NCBI RefSeq assembly: GCF_964355755.1
Contig: NC_092675.1
Location: forward strand, 21,176,912 to 21,240,911
Length of the DNA stretch: 64,000 nt
Source of the DNA: Antedon mediterranea
Taxonomy: Eukaryota > Animalia > Echinodermata
Direction of reading: 5' to 3'
Under the pieces are notes generated by a model. That model did not search any database. It had not been told where the DNA came from and was given only the letters and a program-made list of their open reading frames with translations. This document shows positions 12,981 to 23,872 of the stretch, in pieces. A program made the translations under genes and the position numbers. Numbering within the stretch: position 1 is the stretch's first letter; each line of letters starts with the position of its first letter.

Positions 12981-13773
12981 TCAGTTACAATTATTAGGGC
13001 TAATCTGTTGGGAATTTGCCTTTTACACTCAGTACACAGTAAACTATATCCATTAATGCAGTTTCAATACTTTATAATCGATATATAAACAGAGTTTATA
13101 TACTGATAATACTTTTATAGGCCAAATGTATTTATTTACGTAAATTCTTTCTCAAGAGAATAAAATGAATCTTTAGTTGAATTATTTTGTTATTTGAACA
13201 GTTTATGTACGACTAGACGTAGGACTGCTGTTGTTCGTTCTTACGTCTCAAATTTGATACTCTCCTTTAAACTTCTTGTTCACAGATTAAACCTAATTAA
13301 TATTATAGGATGCTATTTTCATTCATTTATGAACAGCCATTTATATATACAGTTACTAAACAGGCTTTCTAGTGAAATATATCGCTGAGTAAGGTTATAA
13401 TTTGTTGACACAGGTTTACCAATAATTTTTATAAGGAAAAAAAAACACTTAAATTCTTGTTTGTTTTTCTTTACTCATCATGATAATAAAATGTCAATTT
13501 CCTGTATTTGAGATGAATCACTATTGGTCAGTAGAATAAATCCAGCCTTCTGAACAGCCTCGGGCATTTTATTAATACTAAACACAGCATACATCATACC
13601 ATAGACAAATCTATATAAGTAGAGATTTTTATCATTTCGAATTTTCGTTACAAATCATCAGCCGAACTTAAACGTTATCTGAGAGACTTTTGTGAAAAAA
13701 CCCTTTGTTCATGATTATTTTGTATATTTTTAAAACTTATATTCACAGTTTTATACGTAAAACCAGACTCACG

Positions 13774-14093
13774 TTTGTGGTATATTTTAAAATATTTATT
13801 TAAATTTGTTGAATAAATTAATAATACCGTTTTTCAAAACAAAAAAATGGTTACAGAATTACGGTAGGCCTACATCCAATCCACTTTTGTGGTATATTCT
13901 TAAATGTGTATTTTAATTTTTTTAATAAATTAATAATACCGTTTTTCAAAACAGAAAAATTGGTTACAGCATTGCTGTAGGCCTACACATCCAATCCACT
14001 TTTGTGGTATATTTTAAAATGTGTATTTTAATTTTTCTTTGAATGAATTAAAAAATAATACCATTTTTCAAAACAGAAAAATTGGTTGCAGAA
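13774..14093. repeat. Tandem repeat, ~112-115 bp unit, ~2.8 copies
   Basis: TTTGTGGTATATT...AATAATACCGTTTTTCAAAAC...GGCCTACATCCAATCCACT restarts at 13774, 13886 and 14001. Confidence 0.85.
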
Positions 14094-16307
14094 TGCAAAT
14101 ATCTCTTTTATTTGACTGGTAGGAAATAAAAAAATAAAATTGTACTCGTCTAATCTCTTCACCACCTTTGATAATTTAAATCCACATCCCGATGTTTGAT
14201 CCCCGCTAATTTATTCAAATCAAATATGCAGATTTTTTAAATATATCATTTTCAGGATTTTATCAATTTTATACTTACTGACCCAGCAAAAAAATCTTTA
14301 TATACCGGTACTGAATTTTTAATTTTGAAATTACGCAAGAAAATAAACCATACGGTATATAAAATAAATAAAAATACGATTTAAAGTGATCGATTGTTAC
14401 GGTGACCTTTGCCAGATGCCGGCACTTAAAAGCCAATTGGAGACGCATATATTTGATGCCGTTCATTCTTCACAGTCAAACCATATTGCTAAGTTAAATA
14501 ACAATAACATACAGTGATTTTATTTAAATTTCTAAATACACATCTGTAAAGTATTAAATTTAAATAATTCATCTTCATCTTGTTTCTTACAATAAAAAAT
14601 ATAATACAATTCTAGAACATTTAGAACGTGTTCAACAAAGAGCAACAACAAAGTATAGCCTTCGGAATTGCCAATGCCTAAGAAACGAATGCCTAGGCCT
14701 AACTTTCGGCACTTGAACAAGACGTGTGAACGTTCTTCTGTTATACTACCATAACCCACAGCTATAGTTTGAATTCAAACGAATACTCTAAATATTAAAG
14801 AACATAAAACACGAGAATATAACTTCAAAATGAAATCAATGAAGATGAACAATGATACAAAAAAGGTCATTTTGTAGTTTAATTTTTTTTAAATAACTAG
14901 TTGAATAAAAAGATTCCATTGATTGATTAAAAAAACCCGAAATGTAAAATGTTTTTCCGATTTAATCTTTACTCAGTGAAATATTACTATTTGAAATTGT
15001 TGCATTTTAAACAACTTTATGTGTTATCCCGTGCATCTTTTTTGACATCATTGCTTCCCACCTTATTAATTTATCAATGTTGTCTTATTTAAAGCTGTTG
15101 TTTAGAGCTTTTGCTTATTATGTACTATTTATTCTATGGATATGAAGTCTGAAATAAAGAGAAATGAGTAAATGAATGTTATTATCTATTAATATTGTAG
15201 AAATACAGTTTTATAAAGAGCCACATAAAATGAATTGTTGACTCTGATCATATTATATATTTTAATGCGGTAATGTTAATGGCAATAACATTATTAATTT
15301 ACGAACATTCACCGTATAAGAATTCGTTTAAGGGCGAGGCTTAAATAAAACTGGCGTCTCTGATAAATAACCTAATCGCTATGATAGTGCCCGATGAGAA
15401 TGAACTTACTAATGAGAGGGGATTTCGATTAACCTATTTGTTTAAGCAGAAATTTAAACAAATTGTTATTATAACGACAACAAAATTAAGTTTACCAACT
15501 TCGATATTGCTTGTAAATATTTTAGAAGGTAGTTGATAAAAACGAATTTTGTAAGAGGATTTTCGAAACGATGTTACTAGTTCAGCTTTCAGCGACGAAT
15601 TGGTGTGGTTTGTTTGGATAGGTGTTGTTATAGTATCGGTAGTCAGGATACGTGCGCCGTATTCTAAACGCCTACGCACTATTCACGCAGCTCACGTACG
15701 CCTGAATACCTAATGGATTGACCTATCATATATTTTTTATGACGATCGATGTGATATGATTGAATAATCATGAATAGATCATGCACATTTTTAGCAGTCA
15801 ATGTTTTTCACTAAGCACTACAAATAAGTCTTAAATTAAACATTGGAACACTTATCTTAATAAAATGATACAATAGGCCTATTATATCGACTACAACCTA
15901 GCTAGGCTACTATCAAGAGACCAGTTTTAGTAAAAAATACATAATTTAGTCATATTAAGTAATATTTGATTTATAATTTATTGCATTAGACATCTCAATG
16001 ATATTTATAATAAATTTACCTATGAAAGACACATTCATCCACTGTACAATTATTGTTACTTGGTTTTATCCGTCCACAAAAAGAATTCATTGTTCCCGCC
16101 GACTTATTTATAATTTGACCTTTGAACTTGTTATGGCAGTTAAAATGAATTTCTGTATTTTAAAAAATCTTGGTGCTATAGTATTATACACATAATGCAC
16201 AAGTCAGAGTGCGTTAGTGGAGATGCAGCGCACTCAACGGTATGTACAATGGTGCGACATGCACTACATTGTGAATACCCACATCTCCACTCCAACATAC
16301 AAATTTA

Positions 16308-17880
16308 TGTAACCCTATGATTTTTATGAATATATTTTTACCATTTATATCTTTCTTATATCTTTCTGTTTGATTTTTTTCATTTGAATGTATCTGTTTT
16401 TACAATGTACTGTATATGAATATAGTTTATAGGTCAGTAGAAAAGAATGCAGCTTAATTGCAACAAAGGTTACCCCAAGTGGGTCATAGTGACAAATGTT
16501 TGGGAAGTAAGGAATGTGTTTTGCCAAGTTGCTAGGCAACTAAGGTGATTATCTTCATTTCTGATGATTATACCTCACTTCCACTTGTGCCTGCTCACAA
16601 GAAACATCTATACATTTTTAACAACTTTAAAGGAAGTCACTTTTCTATATTTTGGCTCTTTTCTTAGGTAAGAACTATCAATTGTATTATTTTATGTTTA
16701 ACAAATTTGTTAATATAACTTAATTTGAGATTTAAGCTTATGAAGATTAGGTTTATGCATTATGTTTGCATTGGCTCAATGCTTTAGATTAGTTATGTGA
16801 TACTTAACTTTTTGATTATATTTTATAACTTTTGTGATACCATTTGCAATTGCGCTTGGTAATTTATGTTACTGTAAAGTAAGGTTCTGCAATCACACAT
16901 TGTTCTCTCCCGTTTTAAGCTAAAGGGTCTTGAAGTGATTAACTTGCTTTTGCTAATACTTTTAATTGTATGAGTGTATCAGGACGATTCTGGTAAATGT
17001 GGGTCATTTACTAGATGGCAGTACACTCTTGGTATTGATTGACCTAGAGACAATTGGAGTGTGATTGTAGAATTGAGACTATTGTATTATACACTTATTT
17101 TTGATTTCCGCTTTATGCGACATTTATTTTTATACATTTAATTACCTTTTAGTTTATAATTTAGTTTATTGAATGGATGCGCTGCATTAACCATCCTGAG
17201 TTTATAATAGTCAGGTTAATATGTTGATAGACACACGTTTGAATAGCTATTGCTATTATCCATTGAGTTGCAATGTAGTTATATTGGTATCAAGTATTAG
17301 CATACTTACCAAACGAAGTACCTCTAACTATATAATGTAACTAATGTTTTAATGAGTAGTGTGAATAATCATATACCAATCAGTGTTAATCGAACCTGGC
17401 GGTATTGACGGATTATGTTTTATTTTGTTTAATTGTCTATCATAGCCTAGGTTATTTTGCAAACATTGTGGTATTTTAATTATGTACCAAATGATATTTG
17501 ATTTAAATTGTTTTATAGTTATATAGTATATGTATATATTTTCTCTTTTCTTAGATGAGAAAACACTACTTTTGAAATTTACGAATCATTATTGCAATTA
17601 TTACACCATTGGTCGGAACATTTCGTTGATAACATTTACTCTACTGTGGAACCTTTCAAGTCGGAATTGTTTCAACTGAAGACTCAATTTTAATATAAAC
17701 TTTTAGTTTTGTGGACACTTTAATGTTTTATCTTGTGAATAAATAATATTGGTTATGTAAATTCTGACAAGTTGATGTCAAAGGAATAAATCTACATTTT
17801 AATTTATAAGGCGTTTTCCTTGATTTGATTATTTAATACTTCTTGGAAATTTTAGTTTCTTGCTAGAAACTCGGGTTACA
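16308..17880 (+). repeat. 5' LTR (1573 bp)
   Basis: Direct repeat of 23860-25432; no difference seen by eye; TG...CA ends. Confidence 0.97.
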
Positions 17881-17883
17881 AAT

Positions 17884-17900
17884 TGGGGGCTCGTCCGGGA
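17884..17900 (+). promoter_or_regulatory. Primer-binding site, tRNA-Pro
   Basis: TGGGGGCTCGTCCGGGA, 3 nt after the 5' LTR; matches 17 of the 18 nt of the classical tRNA-Pro PBS used by MLV. Confidence 0.93.
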
Positions 17901-18020
17901 AACGTAATATATATTTTATTACTATTGTGTGTGTGGTTAATCACCATTATTTACGTCTTGTAATTACAGTATTCTGATAAGTAGGTTTTATTTATTTCTA
18001 AGTAGTTAAAAAGAGCCAAG

Positions 18021-19358
18021 ATGTCGAAATTAATAGAGTATGCCTTAGAATGGGCTAATCTTGTAGGTTACCCTATTGATAGGTCAATTTTACTGTCTGC
18101 GCCTAGAACAACAGTGGCTACTCACAGGCTATATAGAAAGTTGTGTGGTGCTCTGCCAGTCGAAGAGATAAAACGAAGAGATGAAATCGACAAACATGAC
18201 TTCAAGAAAACTTTTATATTAGCTAGACTGTCATTGAAAACAGCAGATATGAACATTCCAGAAGAATTTGAAATCTCTGAAGAAGATGACACGATTAATT
18301 TTACGATTATAGTCAAACGGGTAGAAGAGTTTTCATCATTACTTCCCTCCACGTCACCCCAACCAAGTCATTCAACTCATCACAGTGAATTGCTAAATGT
18401 GGCTAGACTGTCAGTAAACTACCGAAAACTTAGAGTATTCTCTGGCCGAACTGACAAAGGGAAAGACGAAGACCCATATCATGTATGGAGGACACAGGCA
18501 AAGGCCCTTATTGAAGAATCGGAGACAGAGGTTTCACAAGCTGAAAAGAAAAGGCGACTACGTGAAGCACTCCGTTCTCCAGCGTTGGATGTTATTGATG
18601 ACCTCCGGCGAGAAAACCCATCAGCTTCAGCAAAAGATTATCTCCAAGCTATGGAGGTAGTGTATGGCTCAACGCTTACAGGTGAAGAATTGTTCCACCA
18701 ATTCTTTTCGATTGAGCAAAAGACAGGGGAAACGCCATCACATTACCTCACACGACTGCAGGATTCTTTACGACATGTTCTGCAAAAGGGAGGTATATCA
18801 GAAGACAGGATGAATGCCGCAATTCTGAAGCAGTTCATAAGGGGCAACATCTTCGAACCATTGCTGTTAGTGGACTTGCGTTTAAGAGAATTACAAGAAG
18901 CACCACCAACATATCTTACCCTACTAGGAAAAGTGAGACGATGGGAGGAAGAAACATCAAATAGACAGATGAAGGCTAAAGGGCAAAGCCGCAACGCAGT
19001 GGCTGCATCTCATTCAGTCCAAAATAACGATTTGATTGAGCGAATGAGCAGAATTGAGAAAATGTTAAAACAATCGACTCTAGGCAGTACTCATACCCAG
19101 CAACAAAGTCAACAATCTCAACCAGAATCAAAACCACATCAACAAAAGACCCAATGGCAAGGTAGGGGACGACGACAACCATCTGACTTCCCTAAATTCT
19201 GCTACAACTGCGGCGAAGATGGCCATATTAAACGTAATTGTGCCAAAGAAGTAAATGCTGCATTAGTTAACGAGAAATTGATTAGCCATCTGCACAACCA
19301 GGGAAACTCCAACGGACATTTGAAGGGGGGCAGTCAGATGTCAAAGAAGAACGATTAG
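18021..19358 (+). CDS. gag: Gag polyprotein, PNMA (paraneoplastic Ma)-like capsid plus CCHC zinc knuckle
   Basis: 445-aa ORF with YRKLRVFSG...W...EKKRRLREALRSPALDVI...VYG...QKTGETPSHYLTRL (PNMA-type CA domain) and CYNCGEDGHIKRNC knuckle. Confidence 0.93.
   Translation: MSKLIEYALEWANLVGYPIDRSILLSAPRTTVATHRLYRKLCGALPVEEIKRRDEIDKHDFKKTFILARLSLKTADMNIPEEFEISEEDDTINFTIIVKRVEEFSSLLPSTSPQPSHSTHHSELLNVARLSVNYRKLRVFSGRTDKGKDEDPYHVWRTQAKALIEESETEVSQAEKKRRLREALRSPALDVIDDLRRENPSASAKDYLQAMEVVYGSTLTGEELFHQFFSIEQKTGETPSHYLTRLQDSLRHVLQKGGISEDRMNAAILKQFIRGNIFEPLLLVDLRLRELQEAPPTYLTLLGKVRRWEEETSNRQMKAKGQSRNAVAASHSVQNNDLIERMSRIEKMLKQSTLGSTHTQQQSQQSQPESKPHQQKTQWQGRGRRQPSDFPKFCYNCGEDGHIKRNCAKEVNAALVNEKLISHLHNQGNSNGHLKGGSQMSKKND
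19301..19342 (+). promoter_or_regulatory. -1 programmed ribosomal frameshift signal
   Basis: G GGA AAC in the gag frame at 19301-19307, a 7-nt spacer, then stem GACATTTGA (19315-19323) / TCAGATGTC (19334-19342). The -1 frame is open from here into pol. Confidence 0.85.
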
Positions 19359-19390
19359 CTCCAAATTTTACCGATATTCCCAATGGACTG

Positions 19391-22300
19391 GTGGGGGAGA
19401 GTGTGACTGAAGAATGTTTCATTGATGGGTTAAAACATAATTGCCTTTTGGATAGTGGTTCACAAGTCACTACAATTAATAATTCAGTCTTTATGAAGCT
19501 TACAAAGACATTGCATCCTTTGTCAGATTTAGTCTTATGGCATGGTGGTGGTGGCAAAATACCATATCTCGGATGGACCAAGGTTAGAATTGCTTTCCCT
19601 CAAACTTTTGCTGGCACCAATAAGAATTTTGAAGTTCTAGTTTTAGTCGTTCCAGACACTGAAAATTCACATGAAGTAATTATTGGTACCAACACAGGAT
19701 TGTTCAATCAACTCCGTCAGGAATGTAAGAAAAGGGCTGGTTCCCAATACCTGAGAAGACTCTTCATTAATACACGTTGTGCAGCTATATATCGCAATGC
19801 TGATAACCAAGAGAAAACCATGATTATACGGTCAGCTGGTAGTGAGCTTATTGCTGCTGGTACCACCAAGAGCGTTAAAGCGGTAGTCAGAAAGCCAACC
19901 AATGAAGTCACAGTATTGATTGATACAAATAACAAAGTCAATGCACATTTAAATTCAACCATTTGCCTTAAGAAATTACCCAGAGGAAAACGTGTCACTG
20001 TAAATATAGATGTTAAAAACAGCAGTTCAAAAGATATTTATGTACATAAAAATAATATACTAGCAGAAGCCACTATCCCTAGCAGCATTACTAACCCTTG
20101 TTCAACTAATTCTTCTCAAATCCCAGAGCAATTAAATGACATCAGTAAGTTACCGTTTGAATGGGGATCTGAAGTGCCAGTAGATGTTAAAAGCCGAATG
20201 CTTAGCAGGTTCCAGGAAAGGGCTGATGTTTTTGCCAAACATGAATGGGACCTTGGATTGACCTCTAATGCTGAGCATGAAGTCAACTTGAACGACACTA
20301 CTCCTTTTCGAGAGAGGACACGAAGGGTATCCCCAGGCGACTTAGTTGACTTACAAACACATATTCACGAACTTTTAAGTAATGGAATTATCAAACCATC
20401 AAAGAGCAGATATGCCTCACCAATTGTTTTGGTCAGAAAGAAAAATGGCTCCTTACGAATGTGCGTCGATTACAGAAAGTTGAATGCAAGGACTGTGCCA
20501 GACCAGTATGTAGTACCCCTGATACAAGATGCTGTCGACTGTCTCAGTGGTTCCAAATGGTTCTCTGTAATTGATCTTAAGTCCGGTTTCTATCAAATTC
20601 CTATGCGCGAGAGTGACAAGGAGAAAACCGCCTTCACTTGCCCAATTGGTTTTTATGAATTCGAAAGGATGCCTCAAGGTATTAAAGGTGCACCGTCTAC
20701 TTTTCAAAGATTAATGGAATCTTGTATGTCCGGCATGAATTTTATTGAAGCATTGGTATACATGGATGACATTATCGTATTTTCTAAGACAGTAGAGGAG
20801 ATGGAAAATCGTCTCACCAAAGTATTTGATCGCTTAAAAGAGTTTGGCCTCAAGGTTTCTCCAGAGAAGTGCAAGTTCTTTTGCAAATCTGTAACATATC
20901 TTGGGCATATAGTAAGCGAAGAGGGAATTCAGACTGATCCTGAAAAGGTTTCAAGCGTTAAAGAGTGGCCTACACCAAAGAATGCTAAGGACTTACGAAG
21001 TTTCCTTGGCCTAACAGGTTATTATAGACGATTTGTTGAAGGATACTCGAAAATTGCAGCTCCGCTTCACTCATTAGCCAGTAAATATGCCTTCTCACCT
21101 AAGCGTGGTCGAACGTCAAAGAAAGTACGTCATGACGGGTTACAGAAGTCTTCTGAACCATTCTCAAATCAATGGACTGATCTATGTAACCAGGCTTTTA
21201 ACCAACTTAAGACTAGATTATCATCTGCACCTGTTTTAGCATATGCTGATCTCACCAAGCCATTCCAACTTCATGTCGATGCATGCCGTGATGGTCTTGG
21301 AGCAGTTTTATTACAGGAAGTTGACAACAAATTTAAACCTGTAGCATATGCTAGTCGGACAGTGAGCCAGAGTGAGAGAAATTACCCAGCACATAAACTT
21401 GAATTCCTGGCATTAAAATGGGCCGTAACTGATAAATTTAAGGATCTTTTGTACCATGCAAAAGGTACCAAGGTAATGACTGACAGTAATCCATTAACAT
21501 ATGTTCTTACTTCAGCTAAATTGGATGCTACAGGTCACCGATGGTTGGCCGCGTTAGCTAACTTTGACTTCTCCATTCAATATAAACCTGGTAGAACTAA
21601 CCAAGATGCGGATGCATTGTCCCGCAGACCTCTCGCTTCTGATGCTAATGCGGCAGATGAAGTTGATCAGATGAGAATTAAAGAGAATCTACAAACGCGA
21701 GTGAGTGAAATCTCACCTAAAGAAGTCATAAATGCGGTATATGGGATACGTTCAGCTGTTACCAATTCAAGTGACACACTACCTTATGCATATTGTCTTG
21801 GTGGTAGTAGTCAGTGTATTCCAGAGATGTATAGTAATGAAACATCCCTCACTGATGTTATTAACTGGAATGAAGCACAGGATGCTGATTATGTGTTAAA
21901 GGAACTGAAAGAAATGGTAAAATCAGGTCAGAAGCCAAAGATAACAAACAACGCGTCGAAGGAACTTACTCGTTATTGCAGAGAATATGCCAAATTAACA
22001 TTGAAAGATAATGTACTGTACCGTATTATTACCAGACCTCAAGACGGTAGTAAAATTGAACAACTCCTTTTACCAAAGGCTTACCGAGTGAAGGCTTTGA
22101 CAATGCTCCATAATGACTTAGGACATCATGGCACTGAACGCACAGTAGCGTTAGTTAGAGAGAGATTCTATTGGCCGAAGATGTCAACAGAGGTGGTAGA
22201 GTGGGTCAAGCATTGTGGTCGTTGCCTAGCACGTAAATCTTTGCCTTCAAAAAGTGCACCGCTACACAATATTAAAACAAATGGACCTATGGAGTTGGTC

Positions 22301-23872
22301 TGTATGGACTTTCTGTCTCTTGAGCCAGATAGCAGTGGTAAGAAGTCGATACTGGTAGTGACCGATCATTTCACCAGGTATGCCCAAGCTTTTCCGACAA
22401 AGGACCAAACAGCACTTACAGTTGCGAAGGTATTATGGCAACAATACTTTCAACACTATGGGCTACCAAAAAGGCTCCACTCTGATCAAGGACCAGAATT
22501 TGAAAGTAAAGTGATCAAAGAACTCACTGGTCTATTAGGAATTCACAAATCACATACCACTCCTTATCACCCACAAGGAGATCCACAACCTGAGAGATTT
22601 AACCGAACTCTATTAAACATGCTGGGAACATTAGAAAATGAAAAGAAAGTAAATTGGAGTAAGCATGTCAGCTCGTTAGTGCATGCATATAATTGCACGA
22701 AGCATGACAGTACCGGATTTTCACCCTACTTTCTTATGTTTGGAAGGGAAGCTCGCTTGCCCGTTGATATTTGTTTCGACTTGCACCCTGATGGAAACCA
22801 AAATCGTAGTCATAGCAAATATGTGGAAGATCTTCGTCAAGGTCTTGAGAAAGCTTATGATATGGCACGAAATGAGTCAGAAAAGGCTGGGCATGCTAAC
22901 AAAAGGAGGTACGATAAGAAAGTCCGTATAGCTAATGCAGTTCTGCAACCAGGAGACCGAGTTCTAGTCAGAAACTTAGGACTTAAAGGAAAGAATAAGC
23001 TTGCAGACCGTTGGAAACCTGAACCATTTATTATTATAGAGAAATTTGCAGACCTTCCAGTTTACAGACTTAAACCAGAAAAAGGTAATGAACAAGCTAA
23101 AACTTTGCATCGGGATCATATTCTTCCTGTTGGTTACATCACAGAAGTGAGACTACCCAGTCCAGTTCCAGAAAAGGCTAGAAGACCAAAAACCCGATCA
23201 CAAACAAAGAATACAACCGAGAATGAAAATTCTTGTTCCAGTGATGAAGATGATGAATCTGTTGTAGATGTAACTATATCAGTTCCTGTAGATAATGCAA
23301 ATGATCAGGCCAGTGAAACTGAGCACATTGATGTTCTCAATGCTACTCCTGTACAAAATGATAATTCTGAAATAGAGGATAGCAGCATAGCTGGTTCACT
23401 TACACCACCGTATCTACAAGAAACTCCAAGTAGGCCTATAATAGTATCTTCTACATTTCCAAATATGGATGCCTCTGAATACACGCCTAGAACACTTATA
23501 AAGAGAATCACAGATTTTAGTAGTGGACAAGAGGAGCAAGTTCAGTGTGAAAACAATACTGAAGTGCCTGTAGAAACTGCAGACACAGCTAGTGGTGATA
23601 CTAACACAACAACGAGGTCCGAGTCTGATGATGGTAATCAAACAACCAATGAACCAGAAAGTGTTACAGAACAAGGTGACGACATCACTGTAGAAACGGA
23701 GGAATACAGCAGGCCAGTCAGAAACCGTCAAGTGCCTCGAAGACTCAACTATGATCATCTTGGAAATCCAACCTGGTATAGCAGAGTAGCCACCAGTCTC
23801 TATGGTCTGGCAAATTCTCTAAGTGCGTTAGGGACAACGCAGAGTTCAAGAGGGGAGGTTGTAACCCTATGA
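19391..23872 (+). CDS. pol: Pol polyprotein (protease, RT, RNase H, integrase), probably expressed as a Gag-Pol fusion from ~19307
   Basis: LLDSGSQVT protease, LRMCVDYRKLN and YMDD RT, HVDAC..GLGAVL and KLEFLALKWAV RNase H, HHCC zinc finger and D,D(35)E-type integrase core, acidic C-terminal tail. The stop codon lies inside the 3' LTR. Confidence 0.97.
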   Translation: MGESVTEECFIDGLKHNCLLDSGSQVTTINNSVFMKLTKTLHPLSDLVLWHGGGGKIPYLGWTKVRIAFPQTFAGTNKNFEVLVLVVPDTENSHEVIIGTNTGLFNQLRQECKKRAGSQYLRRLFINTRCAAIYRNADNQEKTMIIRSAGSELIAAGTTKSVKAVVRKPTNEVTVLIDTNNKVNAHLNSTICLKKLPRGKRVTVNIDVKNSSSKDIYVHKNNILAEATIPSSITNPCSTNSSQIPEQLNDISKLPFEWGSEVPVDVKSRMLSRFQERADVFAKHEWDLGLTSNAEHEVNLNDTTPFRERTRRVSPGDLVDLQTHIHELLSNGIIKPSKSRYASPIVLVRKKNGSLRMCVDYRKLNARTVPDQYVVPLIQDAVDCLSGSKWFSVIDLKSGFYQIPMRESDKEKTAFTCPIGFYEFERMPQGIKGAPSTFQRLMESCMSGMNFIEALVYMDDIIVFSKTVEEMENRLTKVFDRLKEFGLKVSPEKCKFFCKSVTYLGHIVSEEGIQTDPEKVSSVKEWPTPKNAKDLRSFLGLTGYYRRFVEGYSKIAAPLHSLASKYAFSPKRGRTSKKVRHDGLQKSSEPFSNQWTDLCNQAFNQLKTRLSSAPVLAYADLTKPFQLHVDACRDGLGAVLLQEVDNKFKPVAYASRTVSQSERNYPAHKLEFLALKWAVTDKFKDLLYHAKGTKVMTDSNPLTYVLTSAKLDATGHRWLAALANFDFSIQYKPGRTNQDADALSRRPLASDANAADEVDQMRIKENLQTRVSEISPKEVINAVYGIRSAVTNSSDTLPYAYCLGGSSQCIPEMYSNETSLTDVINWNEAQDADYVLKELKEMVKSGQKPKITNNASKELTRYCREYAKLTLKDNVLYRIITRPQDGSKIEQLLLPKAYRVKALTMLHNDLGHHGTERTVALVRERFYWPKMSTEVVEWVKHCGRCLARKSLPSKSAPLHNIKTNGPMELVCMDFLSLEPDSSGKKSILVVTDHFTRYAQAFPTKDQTALTVAKVLWQQYFQHYGLPKRLHSDQGPEFESKVIKELTGLLGIHKSHTTPYHPQGDPQPERFNRTLLNMLGTLENEKKVNWSKHVSSLVHAYNCTKHDSTGFSPYFLMFGREARLPVDICFDLHPDGNQNRSHSKYVEDLRQGLEKAYDMARNESEKAGHANKRRYDKKVRIANAVLQPGDRVLVRNLGLKGKNKLADRWKPEPFIIIEKFADLPVYRLKPEKGNEQAKTLHRDHILPVGYITEVRLPSPVPEKARRPKTRSQTKNTTENENSCSSDEDDESVVDVTISVPVDNANDQASETEHIDVLNATPVQNDNSEIEDSSIAGSLTPPYLQETPSRPIIVSSTFPNMDASEYTPRTLIKRITDFSSGQEEQVQCENNTEVPVETADTASGDTNTTTRSESDDGNQTTNEPESVTEQGDDITVETEEYSRPVRNRQVPRRLNYDHLGNPTWYSRVATSLYGLANSLSALGTTQSSRGEVVTL
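23848..23858 (+). promoter_or_regulatory. Polypurine tract
   Basis: AAGAGGGGAGG just before the 3' LTR. Confidence 0.85.

Noticed and set aside
16345-16539. 64-aa ORF duplicated at 23897-24091
   Set aside because: Chance antisense ORF inside the LTR, duplicated only because the LTRs are.
23200-23872. Possible env or chromodomain after the integrase
   Set aside because: Low-complexity acidic Ser/Thr tail with no signal peptide, transmembrane segment or recognisable chromodomain.
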